A stretch of DNA of 64,000 nucleotides from assembly GCA_964393485.1 (NCBI GenBank), contig CAYMTW010000001.1, positions 64,832 to 128,831 of the forward strand. Reading direction: 5' to 3'. The notes under the pieces were generated by a model. It was not told where the DNA came from and did no database searches. It saw nothing but the letters and a program-made list of their open reading frames with translations. The translations under genes were made by a program, and so were the position numbers. Shown here in pieces: positions 27,301-36,340 of this stretch (the stretch's first letter is position 1; every line of letters starts with the position of its first letter). The DNA comes from an uncultured Melioribacter sp. (GTDB taxonomy: Bacteria; Bacteroidota; Ignavibacteria; Kapaibacteriales; Kapaibacteriaceae).

Positions 27301-27440
27301 CTGTATGCAATCACGTTTTGCGGCCATTGGCCCGCATTTCGCACGAGACCTAACGGCTGCACATCGCCTTGAGCAGCATTGACATTACCACCCGAAAACA
27401 GCACCGCTGTGGTGATGGCCAGAACAACCAACTTTTGCAT
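24381..27440 (-). CDS. secreted beta-propeller-repeat (SBBP-like) protein with two Ig I-set-like domains and T9SS C-terminal sorting domain
   Basis: Signal peptide MQKLVVLAITTAVLFSGGNVNAAQG. Repeated ...G(G)...D.g..IAVD..G.IY.aG.T.S..FP...DAFV.K motifs. Ig-like tandem has ...GRYDCVITG and ...GSYTCDITGACG. Tail is ...FVDLQGRLV...DGIYLLRTRT...VPVIIHR. Confidence 0.8.
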   Translation of the reverse strand: MQKLVVLAITTAVLFSGGNVNAAQGDVQPLGLVRNAGQWPQNVIAYSHTQGVDVWITSTGVIVDEYTADGDWRTGTVIEEYFAGATVIETPVPSDASTLTFFRNGSNTPLIATASRSDAVAFQFESGAVLNLSVSDDGRVMRSLRKGDEHLASTVAILRRGDVGQSTMDATRAGSFVYGSYLGGAQFDAIAAMEMMPNGSLVVSGTTTQMDFPAGVGGYVKTIKGDHDAFILICDAKFQRVSAMTFIGGSGTDRVRALTRDKDNNIYIAVETNSTDMPTTPAAQFKTLKSGYDAYVARLDSTLTKLLSGFYHGGNRDDSPRSIAVDANGVIYLAGGTLSTANFPNNMPATANVTWQYQEGRDTKTTTVTITSGNLNMGQSDGFVAIYSPTGSMQRSRFYGQGGNEIFTKVAVDGLGYVVLTGTTTSTGFEAIPVAHATWSGRAPYDRTFNGGTTDAFVLKMSSGLTFSQTDGITFATLLGGNKEEEPTAMWLDDDGKIYVGGNTTSTNLPTSGSIYPTALGKQDGFVIQMANNGTQVLNGTYFGGNGDDIIRSVRPSGRTSAFLIGGATNSMDFPIEGVGAMTERFGVTDGFFSMMNFASVSQSSLLTGLEADTVVDYLLDFRGDALLAANTTSGNLRTHDSAYSKRIGGSDGYLTKFSPGILEIVTPKGGEVYCVGASKPLAWDASGVSDTTKFRIEYSLEGSGKWADVVKSIGGRSYLWKIPTNAVAGSYRIRISTVNGHVSELTTPFMIDIAPTITKQPAATTVCEGATLTLSVTASSVAAKYHWRKDGVNIAGATSPTYSADNATAAMAGRYDCVITGDCPPAVTSQPATVTISAKPVITTQPSGQSVDEGKLVTLSVVATGPGLTYQWNKDGSKLASATSATLTITAATKADEGSYTCDITGACGTTSSAAAVLRINGGTSVDEDEQDGQSVRIIGPQPARDVVSVLVRSRYDDQITMEFVDLQGRLVSSSSSQNLTSGEQVLSVSVRDLPDGIYLLRTRTSSGMLSVPVIIHR

Positions 27441-27559
27441 TAGGAACCCCAGATTTTTCACGCGCAAAATAACTCACGCACGCGGTTTGGAGTATACGCT
27501 AACCACCAAAAATGTCTCCTGTCCCTGCTAGTTGGATTCCACGAATACTGGATGTAGAA

Positions 27560-28288
27560 CTACCTCGTCAGAAACTCCATCTGAACAGTAATGCTGGCAG
27601 TCTTCTTGCGGCTTGTCGTGTTGAATGCGCCGCCCCAGGTGTACTCTTCATCACTGTTGGGAGCAGTAATCTGGAACGTTCCCATGTTGGCTTGGTACAG
27701 TTTGCCAAGACCGCCACCAGAATTGACGGCAATGGCCTTGGCGCGTTCCATTCCGTCGGCTGATGCCTGCTTAAGCAGGTCGATCTTGAGATCCTTGAGC
27801 TTTGAGTAATAATACTTGGGTACCTCAGACTGAAGCGCAAGACCAGTGTTGAGCAGTTCGGAGATCTCTCGACTTACCATCTCGATGTGATCGACGTTCC
27901 GGCTCTCGATCTTGACGGTCTGTGTAAGGAGATATCCATCGAACTTCGAGACGAGATTGTCACCTACTGGGACTTCAGTGGTTGCCTTCTTGATCTCGAC
28001 GGCTCCAATGACGACTTCTTTCGGATTTACGCCCTTTTGCGTCAAATAGTTTCGCACGGCATCGGCATCACTCTTGATCATCGAATACGCCTGATTCAAC
28101 TCCATTGCCTTGCGCTCGAACGTTCCCTGCCAGACAATAACGTCACTCGTGAAATCAACCTGGGCAAGCCCCGTAACCGATATCTGCTCTCGCTTTGACA
28201 TCGACGACATGATGGTGTAAGCAATAATCGAGGCGGCTGTGACAATCGACACAGCTAGCAGTGTTGTGGGCAACCATTCGCGTTTCAC
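27560..28288 (-). CDS. SIMPL (DUF541) domain periplasmic protein
   Basis: N-terminal TM then ISVTGLAQVDFTSD...; size and overall pattern match the 26-kDa periplasmic immunogenic protein family; GTG start. Confidence 0.7.
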   Translation of the reverse strand: MKREWLPTTLLAVSIVTAASIIAYTIMSSMSKREQISVTGLAQVDFTSDVIVWQGTFERKAMELNQAYSMIKSDADAVRNYLTQKGVNPKEVVIGAVEIKKATTEVPVGDNLVSKFDGYLLTQTVKIESRNVDHIEMVSREISELLNTGLALQSEVPKYYYSKLKDLKIDLLKQASADGMERAKAIAVNSGGGLGKLYQANMGTFQITAPNSDEEYTWGGAFNTTSRKKTASITVQMEFLTR

Positions 28289-28335
28289 GGGGGCACTCCG
28301 TAACAGATTCTAAAAGGGTGGCTATTATTGATGGG

Positions 28336-29469
28336 ATGAACAGCCTCAACATACAATTATTTGTCCACGACCTTACGGATGCGGCCGTAAAGCGACGTGT
28401 TGAGATGCTCACCCTCGCTGGTGCTGACGTCAGTGTCGCTGGTTTCGTGCGTGACCCTGATCGTCTACCGTCATTTCCTAAGATGGTGGTTTTGGGGACA
28501 ACTCACAATGCACGGTTCATCCATCGAATTGGTGCGGTCGTAGTCCAGGCCTTCCGACTGTTGCGTGGACATGGCCTGCCACCGGCCGCCGGCGTGATTA
28601 TTGCCCGTAATCTGGAAATGCTACTGCTGGCCCATATCGTTCGTTTACGCTCACCAGTGGATACTTCAGTCGTTTACGAATGTCTCGACATCCATCGCCT
28701 GATGCTTGGAAAGGGACTCCTATCTTCTCTGCTCCGACGTCTCGAACGCGCGCTGCTGGAGAGATCTGCTGGCCTTATCACGAGCTCTCCTGCCTACATC
28801 AACGAATATTTTCATCCGATCGCAAAGGTATCACCAGAGGTGATCCTCATAGAAAACCGGGTCTTTGGGTTGCCGGTTATCTCAAGCCCCATGTCGGAGT
28901 TGCAGGGTCCACCCTGGACCATCGTTTGGAACGGCGCTATCCGCTGCGCCAAGAGTCTCACCATCCTGCATCGCGCAGCAGCAATTGCCAATGGCCGCAT
29001 CCGGGTCGTGATCAACGGTAAGGTTTCGTATGATCAGATTCCGGATTTCGATGCCATTGTTGAATCCTCTGCGTGGATCGAGTTTCGTGGTGCATACCGA
29101 TACCCGGAAGATCTCGAATCCATCTACTTGGGAGTCCATTTTAACTGGACCATTGACATGTTCTGGGAGGGTCAGAACTCAACCTGGGCGCTTGCTAATC
29201 GCATTTATGAAGGGGGCCGGGCTGGCATTGTGCCTATCGCTCAGGCATCGGTTGAGACTGGTAGGTTTTACCAGAGGCTTGGAATTGGACTATTGTTTGA
29301 CGATCTGTCTCCCGAAGCGATTGCAACCAGGCTGTCATCGCTTGAACAACCTGCCTATCATCAACTCCGCAATGACTGCCTCAGCATTGATCCGGAAACG
29401 TGGACTCTCACAACTGAAGGCGCTCAAAAGATCCTTAACTCGATCCGTTCAGTTGCAGAGAAAACCTGA
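28336..29469 (+). CDS. glycosyltransferase, ExoL-like (GT-B)
   Basis: N-terminus IQLFVHDLTDAAVKRRVEMLTLAGADVSVAGFVRD resembles the remembered ExoL-type succinoglycan glycosyltransferases; start set to ATG 28336. Confidence 0.55.
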   Translation: MNSLNIQLFVHDLTDAAVKRRVEMLTLAGADVSVAGFVRDPDRLPSFPKMVVLGTTHNARFIHRIGAVVVQAFRLLRGHGLPPAAGVIIARNLEMLLLAHIVRLRSPVDTSVVYECLDIHRLMLGKGLLSSLLRRLERALLERSAGLITSSPAYINEYFHPIAKVSPEVILIENRVFGLPVISSPMSELQGPPWTIVWNGAIRCAKSLTILHRAAAIANGRIRVVINGKVSYDQIPDFDAIVESSAWIEFRGAYRYPEDLESIYLGVHFNWTIDMFWEGQNSTWALANRIYEGGRAGIVPIAQASVETGRFYQRLGIGLLFDDLSPEAIATRLSSLEQPAYHQLRNDCLSIDPETWTLTTEGAQKILNSIRSVAEKT

Positions 29470-29481
29470 AATGCTGTGTGG

Positions 29482-30189
29482 TCACGCAACACATGCTCGA
29501 ATAGTCTCGACATATAATGAGACGTATTGGCTGACCTGATTGCGGCGATATTGCATGATGAATCGGGGGTGGTCAAGGTAGATCACATCTCTAACCCCAA
29601 CGTGCTCCCGAACATTCCTCTCCATGAAGGTTCTAAGCTTACCCGACCCGAGCAATATTGTGGTATCCCTTCGCACACCGGCATCGAAGGTTCTTTTCAT
29701 CCAAGTGATGATCTGTGGCGACATCATCATCTCGAGTTCGGCATCGTCATAGAAGTTGATGTTCACCCCATTGCGAATGAATCCAAGGGGAGAAAGTGCA
29801 GTCATAAAAACATCGCTATAGAATGCGCCCGGTCCACCGTAGGCTTCGATCACGCGTGAAATGAACTCAGCTGACATTTCCCGGCGCCCGGTAATGGATG
29901 TCGTGATCCCGAGATCATGCTCTACAGCCCAGGGGTCGGTAAATGCCAGCCCCGTGAGACCCGCGCCAAACCTTCCCGGGTTGATACCCCATACTCCGAT
30001 TCGTGGTCTCCTGGACGCATAGTAGCGGGAGCACATTTCATGTACAACCCGACGTGCCTCGACGTTGCTGTAGGGATAAAGTATCTCGATTCCTTCTGGC
30101 AGTGTACCGTCGATGGATAGCGTTGTAAGAAACGTCTCGACGAACCGACCAAAGGATCTAGAAGCCATAGACGTCGCGGGCCTTGGCAC
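29482..30189 (-). CDS. uracil-DNA glycosylase superfamily protein (DUF4918 / SMUG2-like)
   Basis: Motif-1-like GINPGRFGAGLTGLAFTDP and motif-2-like LDHPRF; ~230 aa. Confidence 0.55.
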   Translation of the reverse strand: MPRPATSMASRSFGRFVETFLTTLSIDGTLPEGIEILYPYSNVEARRVVHEMCSRYYASRRPRIGVWGINPGRFGAGLTGLAFTDPWAVEHDLGITTSITGRREMSAEFISRVIEAYGGPGAFYSDVFMTALSPLGFIRNGVNINFYDDAELEMMMSPQIITWMKRTFDAGVRRDTTILLGSGKLRTFMERNVREHVGVRDVIYLDHPRFIMQYRRNQVSQYVSLYVETIRACVA

Positions 30190-31654
30190 CGACGTAATCG
30201 AGAAAGTCCTTTGCAGTCAGGGGGCGACCACAAACGCGCCGTGCGATCTCTTCCGGTGTCTCGGTCCGGCCGTGACGATGGATCTTCTCACGTAGCCACG
30301 CCAGGATCGGGGCAAAATCGCCCTGGGAGATACGCTGGCGCACGTCGGGAATGTCGGTCTGCATGGCATTCCACTCCATCGCCGCGTAGAGTTTACCCAA
30401 TGTATAGGACGGGAAGTAACCGATCCCGCCGAATGACCAGTGAACATCTTGAAGGCATCCCTCGGCATCGTTTGGTGGCACCACCCCGAGTGACGATTGC
30501 ATCTTGTCGTTCCAAACCGTTGGGATATCCCGCACACTGAGGGTCCCGGCAATCAACTCTCGTTCGATCTCAAAACGAAGAATGATATGCAGATTGTATG
30601 TCAGTTCGTCGCTTTCTACGCGGTTAAGCGACGGACGCATCACATTGATTGCTTGATAGAACGACCTGACCGTTTGGTCGGCCAGCTGCTCGGGGAACTG
30701 CTTCTGCAGGATTGGAAATGCCCACGTCCAGAATTCTTCAGAGCGGGCAATGACGTTTTCCCAGAACAGCGACTGTGATTCGTGAATACCCATGCTGGCT
30801 CCGCCCCCTGCCGAGGTGCGATTCAGATCATCGGCTATCCCCTGTTCGTACATGCCATGTCCAGCCTCATGAATAAGACCAAACAGACACGAGCGTAGAT
30901 CGTTATTCCGGATGCGTGTTGTGAGTCGCACATCACGATTGCCGAAGTTGGTACAGAACGGATGCGCCGATAGATCGACGCGCCCTATTGACAGGTTAAA
31001 CCCCAGCGATGTGATGATCGATGTCGCCAATTCCTTCTGTTGTGAACTGGAGTATGACCTATACAGCACGTCATCTGAGACTCGGCCCTGAACCTGACCG
31101 ATCGCTCGGATCAATTCGACCGTTCCGGCACGAAGCTCATCAAACACCGGCGAAACATTCGCTACCGTGAGACCTGGTTCAAACTGGTCCAGCAGATTGT
31201 CATACGGATGAGCGGCCGGCCCCAGGAGATCTGCTTCACGGCGCTTTAGCTCAACGATGCGTTCGAGAAGGGGCTGGAAGATGGTGAAATCCGATGCGGC
31301 TCGGGCGCGTTTCCACGCATCCTGCGCCATCGACGCCGTACGGGCCATGTCTTCGACATGGTCACCCGGAAGCTTCTTGGCCATATCGTAGTCACGCAGG
31401 AACATCGCAGATACTCGGCGCTGACGGTCATCGTACCCGGACATCTCCAATCTCACGCGTTCGGCGACCTCCGTGGCACGCACGCCAGTCACGGTCTCAT
31501 GCACCAGGCCCGAAAGTGTGGCAAGCTGATCGGCACGTCCGCCGACGGATCCGTCGGGCATGTATGTTTCCTGGTCCCAACCCAGAACGGATGCAGCCGC
31601 ACTGAGGTCAGCAGCGGTGTTCATCACACGCTGCAATTCCGCATAAGCACTCAT
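30158..31654 (-). CDS. carboxypeptidase M32 (Taq-type thermostable carboxypeptidase family)
   Basis: HEXXH zinc site HEAGHGMYEQG, HESQS, and DVHWSFGGIGYFPSYTLG. Confidence 0.9.
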   Translation of the reverse strand: MSAYAELQRVMNTAADLSAAASVLGWDQETYMPDGSVGGRADQLATLSGLVHETVTGVRATEVAERVRLEMSGYDDRQRRVSAMFLRDYDMAKKLPGDHVEDMARTASMAQDAWKRARAASDFTIFQPLLERIVELKRREADLLGPAAHPYDNLLDQFEPGLTVANVSPVFDELRAGTVELIRAIGQVQGRVSDDVLYRSYSSSQQKELATSIITSLGFNLSIGRVDLSAHPFCTNFGNRDVRLTTRIRNNDLRSCLFGLIHEAGHGMYEQGIADDLNRTSAGGGASMGIHESQSLFWENVIARSEEFWTWAFPILQKQFPEQLADQTVRSFYQAINVMRPSLNRVESDELTYNLHIILRFEIERELIAGTLSVRDIPTVWNDKMQSSLGVVPPNDAEGCLQDVHWSFGGIGYFPSYTLGKLYAAMEWNAMQTDIPDVRQRISQGDFAPILAWLREKIHRHGRTETPEEIARRVCGRPLTAKDFLDYVGAKARDVYGF

Positions 31655-31675
31655 AGACTCTCCGTTACAACGAGA

Positions 31676-32707
31676 TCAGATGATCATCAACGCATCGCCG
31701 TAAGCAAACAGGCGATAGTCCGACTTCATTGCGCGCTTGTATGCTTTGAACATCGCATCCTTACCTCCGGCAAAGGCCGTGGCTACGAGCAGGGACGGCG
31801 AGGCCGGCTGGTGGAAGTTGGTGATAAACCGGTTGGCAATCTTGAACTCATATGGCGGATGGATGAACTTATCTGTCCAACCTCGGTTTGGCTTGACAAT
31901 GCCGCTGGTCAGGACACTGGATTCAAGGGCTCGAACAACGCTACAGCCCACGGCGTAAACGTTGCGCTTCGACTTAAGAGCCTTGTTGATAACGTCAGCT
32001 GAGTCCTTGGTGATCTCGAAATACTCGCTATACATACGGTGCTTGGTGAGGTCTTCAACTTCGATTGTTTCAAACACACCCTGACCAATGTTTAGCTGAA
32101 CAGTAGCGATCTTGACGCCTTTCTTCTCTGCGGCTTTGAGCAACTTTTCTGAGAAATGCAGTCCGGCGGTTGGCGGTGCGATCGATCCCACCTTGCCGGG
32201 ATTGGCGAAGACACACTGATAGTCCTTCTTATCGTCTTCGGTCGATTCCCGCTTGATGTACTCAGGGATCGTTTCGATCACTTCGTGGAGGTCTCCATCG
32301 TACGAAAAGCGTACTGTTCGCCCCCTCGATGTCGTGTTATCGATAATCTCACAGTAGAATCGGTTGTTGTCGAAGTAGATCTTGTTTCCGATCCGGACCT
32401 TCCGAGCTGGTTCGACCAGGACGTCCCAGATGCGCTCCTGTGCCTTCAGTTCGCGAAGAAGCATGACCTCAATCTTCGCGTTGGTCTTTTCCTTCTTACC
32501 AAATAGACGGGCCGGGAACACCTTGGTGTCGTTGAGAACGATCACATCCCCAGCGTTCATGTAAGAAATGATGTCTTTAAACGTTTTGTCCTGGATTTCG
32601 CCCGTTTCCCTGTTCATCACCATCATTTTGGCGCTTTCACGGGGCTTTACCGGATTTTTCGCGATAGAGTTCTTCGGAACGGAGAATTTGAACTCGGAGA
32701 GCTTCAT
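31676..32707 (-). CDS. queA: S-adenosylmethionine:tRNA ribosyltransferase-isomerase
   Basis: Full-length QueA pattern: MKLSEFKF..P...IA..P...R..AK.MV, VLNDTKVFPARL, PPTAGLHF, YGDALMI. Confidence 0.95.
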   Translation of the reverse strand: MKLSEFKFSVPKNSIAKNPVKPRESAKMMVMNRETGEIQDKTFKDIISYMNAGDVIVLNDTKVFPARLFGKKEKTNAKIEVMLLRELKAQERIWDVLVEPARKVRIGNKIYFDNNRFYCEIIDNTTSRGRTVRFSYDGDLHEVIETIPEYIKRESTEDDKKDYQCVFANPGKVGSIAPPTAGLHFSEKLLKAAEKKGVKIATVQLNIGQGVFETIEVEDLTKHRMYSEYFEITKDSADVINKALKSKRNVYAVGCSVVRALESSVLTSGIVKPNRGWTDKFIHPPYEFKIANRFITNFHQPASPSLLVATAFAGGKDAMFKAYKRAMKSDYRLFAYGDALMII

Positions 32708-32738
32708 TGAGGGGCAGTTTCACAGTGGGGAAAGGGAG

Positions 32739-32746
32739 CAAAGATA
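32739..32746 (-). promoter_or_regulatory. Bacteroidota-type -7 promoter element TAnnTTTG upstream of queA
   Basis: Minus strand reads CGTATCTTTGC; 31 nt separate the motif from the queA ATG. Confidence 0.45.
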
Positions 32747-32790
32747 CGGCGATTTTATGCCGAGTGCCACCTCTTTTCCGCTCTTTTCGC

Positions 32791-34200
32791 TTACCGATAC
32801 CAGACGAGGTTGAGAAGATGCTCAACCTGGACGGCGACGACAACTATGACTAGCATTGTCAACGCCTTACGCTTATCATTCAAGACTTCTATAAATCCAC
32901 TTTCAGTGCTTTGATGCCAAGCAAACACGCTGGCAGTCGCGCAGATCATCACCGGAACAAAGGGCAAATGGTACTTGGCCAGTGAAAACGCCAAGATATG
33001 TGGTACAATGATTGAGGCCAGGACTGCGATCTGAAAGGGGCGAGTGAGCCCCATCGAACCCCCTCCTTGAACGAGGTAGAATAGCCAGCCGAGCAGGATG
33101 ACAAGAAAGAACCCACCCTCAACGAGCATAACACTCGCAAATACTCTGTCTGAATAGCCGAAAACCAGTTGCATTTCCCGTGCGGCCGTGTAATCACATC
33201 CAAAAAAGCCCCGTACCCTGTTTGACATGCGCCACAGTGTGCGTAGTGGATGATCGAGCATGTACGCCGTTGCCGAATCCAACATTCGCTGACGTTGCGT
33301 TGCGGTGGCAGGCTCGGCAGTCTCGGTCGTGAAAAACTGACGGACATATGACTGTGCGGCCGGATCAAGGTCGGCTATGGCTCGTTGGCCGAAGTGACCG
33401 GTCTTGTAATCTGGTGTATACGCATTGTTGGCCAGTAAGATGTTCCACTCCGAGTTCGTGGCCAGCGTGAGGCCGTGTCCACGGGAGGCATGAAAGAGTC
33501 CAACCGGTAGGCAAAGAGTGGCAACGGCAATTCCGATGAGAGCCGACGGAATGAGGATCTGACGCAAACTCCGTGCAGATCGGTCCGACGTGAACCACGT
33601 CATGCCCACGATGACAACTGGCAGCAAAAGTGTACCGGGACGCACCAGCATAGCCCCTCCGCAGGCCAAACCACAGATGATCCACCAGATGGTAGATCGA
33701 CGTCGCTGAGCTCTTACGCTTGAAGCGATCGCTACACTAATGAGTGCTGCAGTCAGGGGAAGGGACGAGATCTGCGCCGTGGAAAGCAGAACGTGTGGAT
33801 AGACCACACTGATCAGCGTAGCGAAGAAGACGGCCTTTGACGAGTCAAGGATGGTACGAGCAAAGAAGACAGTACTGAGGAGAAACACCACGCCGATAAC
33901 AAACCCGGCCAGATGTTCAGTGACCACTGAAATACCTGCCACTGAGAACACGGGTAGCGTGAAGAACGCTGTTCCAGGTGGAAAATAGAAGTGATCAACG
34001 GTACCCGAAAGGATCGAGCGCGCCTGTTGGACGTAGGCCGGTCCGTCCCCCATCTGCGGCATGGAGCCCGCGAGGCCAAACGCTACGATGAGTCGCAGGA
34101 CGATGCCAACGACAATCGTTAGTCTGATTCGATGGTCCCAGGACGCATTTTCAGCCGAATTATCATGAACGGGCACTGTCATCCTGCGAATATCGTTCAT
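32791..34200 (-). CDS. glycosyltransferase family 39/83-like (PMT_2 / ArnT-like) polytopic membrane protein
   Basis: More than 10 hydrophobic helices with an N-terminal periplasmic-loop pattern typical of ArnT/PMT-like enzymes. Start set to ATG 34200; the longer ORF to 34401 overlaps uvrB. Confidence 0.65.
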   Translation of the reverse strand: MNDIRRMTVPVHDNSAENASWDHRIRLTIVVGIVLRLIVAFGLAGSMPQMGDGPAYVQQARSILSGTVDHFYFPPGTAFFTLPVFSVAGISVVTEHLAGFVIGVVFLLSTVFFARTILDSSKAVFFATLISVVYPHVLLSTAQISSLPLTAALISVAIASSVRAQRRRSTIWWIICGLACGGAMLVRPGTLLLPVVIVGMTWFTSDRSARSLRQILIPSALIGIAVATLCLPVGLFHASRGHGLTLATNSEWNILLANNAYTPDYKTGHFGQRAIADLDPAAQSYVRQFFTTETAEPATATQRQRMLDSATAYMLDHPLRTLWRMSNRVRGFFGCDYTAAREMQLVFGYSDRVFASVMLVEGGFFLVILLGWLFYLVQGGGSMGLTRPFQIAVLASIIVPHILAFSLAKYHLPFVPVMICATASVFAWHQSTESGFIEVLNDKRKALTMLVIVVVAVQVEHLLNLVWYR

Positions 34201-34243
34201 AGACCGTACGTTCGCAGTTTGTACCTCGACGAAATGCCAGATC

Positions 34244-36277
34244 ATGCCGGAATTTGAGCTTGTAACGAAATACCTCCCAAGTGGAGACCAGCCTAAGGCA
34301 ATCGACGAGCTTGTCGATGGACTGGAAACTGGTCGACGAGAGCAGACCCTGCTCGGGGTGACCGGATCTGGCAAAACGTTTACCATGTCAAATGTCATCA
34401 CGCGTGTTCAGAAGCCAACGCTGGTGATCTCCCCCAACAAAACACTTGCCGCGCAGTTGTACGGTGAATTCAAGTCGTTCTTTCCGAACAACGCCGTCGA
34501 GTTCTTTATCTCGTACTACGACTATTACCAGCCGGAGGCCTACGTGCCATCGACGGATCTCTTTATCGAGAAGGACTTCTCGATAAACGATGAGATCGAC
34601 CGGCTGCGCCTGCGGGCTACGACTTCTTTGGTAGAGGGACGGAGAGACGTCATTGTCGTCGCCTCGGTCTCCTGCATCTACGGAATCGGCGCAAAGGCCG
34701 ATTTCAAGGACCAGCTGTTCTTGATCAAGACCGGCATGGAGCTTACACGGCAGCGCCTGCTGTACAGACTCAATGACATTCACTACACCCGCAATGATTT
34801 TGAATTCTCGCGCGGGACATTTCGTGTTCGAGGTGACGTGGTTGACATCATGCCTGCCGACGAAGATCAGAAAGCTATTCGAGTAGAGCTCTTCGATGAC
34901 GTGGTAGAACGTGTTTCGTGGATCGACCGACGTGACGGCAAGGTCATTGAGCGTGTCGAGAGTATCCTGTTATACCCAGCTCGCCTGTTTGTGACCTCAC
35001 AGGCACAGCTAGCCCGGGCAATGAACGACGTCAAAGATGAACTGGTCTCGCGGCTGAAGGAGCTCCGTGAGATCGACAAAGTCCTGGAGGCGCAGCGACT
35101 TGAGCAGCGAACACTGTATGACCTGGAAATGATGAAGGAGGTCGGCTACTGTTCGGGTATCGAGAACTATTCGATGCATCTTTCCGGGCGCAAACCTGGC
35201 GATCCTCCGAACTGTCTGATGGACTACTTCCCGGATGACTTTCTGTTGGTAATCGACGAGAGTCACGTGACCATACCACAGCTTAGGGCTATGTACAACG
35301 GTGACCGGCAGCGAAAAATGACACTTGTCGAGCACGGGTTTCGCCTTCCTAGTGCTCTCGAGAATCGCCCCTTGAGGTTTGAGGAGTTCGAATCGCATAT
35401 CCACCAGGCGATCTACGTTTCGGCAACACCCGGAGATTATGAGTTTGAACGGTGTATGGGCGTTGTTACCGAACAGGTCATCAGACCCACGGGACTTCTG
35501 GATCCGCGCATCGAAGTCCGACCGGTCCGCAATCAGATCGATGATCTTGTCGCAGAGATACGTTCTCGCGTTAGCCGTCAGGAACGGGTGCTCGTAACCA
35601 CGCTCACCAAGCGTATGGCCGAAGACCTGACGGACTATTTACAGAACCTATCGATCCGTGTCGCCTACATCCACAGCGATGTTGATTCCCTCGAGCGCGT
35701 GGAGATCATTAGAAATCTCCGGCTGGGCAACTTTGACGTCCTTGTCGGTGTGAACCTCCTGCGAGAGGGACTAGACCTACCGGAGGTCTCGCTGGTGGCG
35801 ATTCTGGATGCAGATCGCGAGGGATTTCTCCGGAGCGAACGCTCCCTGATGCAAACTGCTGGACGCACCGCCCGCAACGCAGAGGGCCTCGTCATCTTCT
35901 ACGCTGACAACATCACGCGATCCATGAAGGCCGTCATGGACGAGACCAATCGTCGGCGTGAACTCCAGCATGCCTATAACGTCGAGCATGGAATTGAGCC
36001 CAAGACCGTGTACAAGTCACTTGAGGAGATTCTGGAATCGACCAGCGTGGCAGACATTCAATCATCCCGGACACAGAAATCAGCTGAGAAATCACGTCAG
36101 CCAATGAAGGCGGCGGCGGAGCCCCTTCTCAGCTACTTGCCTGCTGAAGAGCGCCAGAATGCCATTGACCAGATGTTCATGGAAATGAAGGCGGCCGCTC
36201 GTGACTTAGACTTTGAACGGGCAGCTAATCTTCGTGATGAGATCCAACGCCTGCGTGAGCTTCAAGGGGGCTCGTAA
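34244..36277 (+). CDS. uvrB: excinuclease ABC subunit B
   Basis: Walker [15 protein letters not shown] box VIDESHVT, helicase motifs, C-terminal UVR domain ([16 protein letters not shown]). Confidence 0.97.
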   Translation: MPEFELVTKYLPSGDQPKAIDELVDGLETGRREQTLLGVTGSGKTFTMSNVITRVQKPTLVISPNKTLAAQLYGEFKSFFPNNAVEFFISYYDYYQPEAYVPSTDLFIEKDFSINDEIDRLRLRATTSLVEGRRDVIVVASVSCIYGIGAKADFKDQLFLIKTGMELTRQRLLYRLNDIHYTRNDFEFSRGTFRVRGDVVDIMPADEDQKAIRVELFDDVVERVSWIDRRDGKVIERVESILLYPARLFVTSQAQLARAMNDVKDELVSRLKELREIDKVLEAQRLEQRTLYDLEMMKEVGYCSGIENYSMHLSGRKPGDPPNCLMDYFPDDFLLVIDESHVTIPQLRAMYNGDRQRKMTLVEHGFRLPSALENRPLRFEEFESHIHQAIYVSATPGDYEFERCMGVVTEQVIRPTGLLDPRIEVRPVRNQIDDLVAEIRSRVSRQERVLVTTLTKRMAEDLTDYLQNLSIRVAYIHSDVDSLERVEIIRNLRLGNFDVLVGVNLLREGLDLPEVSLVAILDADREGFLRSERSLMQTAGRTARNAEGLVIFYADNITRSMKAVMDETNRRRELQHAYNVEHGIEPKTVYKSLEEILESTSVADIQSSRTQKSAEKSRQPMKAAAEPLLSYLPAEERQNAIDQMFMEMKAAARDLDFERAANLRDEIQRLRELQGGS

Positions 36278-36304
36278 AACACGCTATGGAGCGCTCCAGC
36301 GTCG

Positions 36305-36312
36305 TAACTTTG
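36305..36312 (+). promoter_or_regulatory. Bacteroidota-type -7 promoter element TAnnTTTG upstream of the wzz-like gene
   Basis: CGTAACTTTGC; 28 nt separate the motif from ATG 36341. Confidence 0.45.
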
Positions 36313-36340
36313 CCGAATCGCACATTACAGACCGCACGCT

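Noticed and set aside
31358-32002. 214-aa plus-strand ORF spanning the M32 peptidase/queA junction; also other long antisense ORFs (12693-13121, 17535-17972, 44920-45561, 53171-53704, 62315-62731)
   Set aside because: All lie fully inside, or across, strongly supported genes on the other strand and show no domain signatures. This is expected background at this GC content.
32708-32790. Possible riboswitch/leader (e.g. preQ1-type) upstream of queA
   Set aside because: The gap is only 83 nt and is mostly accounted for by the promoter motif. I could not fold a conserved preQ1-like hairpin or pseudoknot. Those riboswitches normally control queCDEF/transporters rather than queA.
36288-36297. Perfect 10-bp palindrome GGAGCGCTCC after uvrB, considered as a terminator
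   Set aside because: There is no loop, the stem is at most 4-5 bp and no T-run follows. It is more likely a chance palindrome or restriction-type site.
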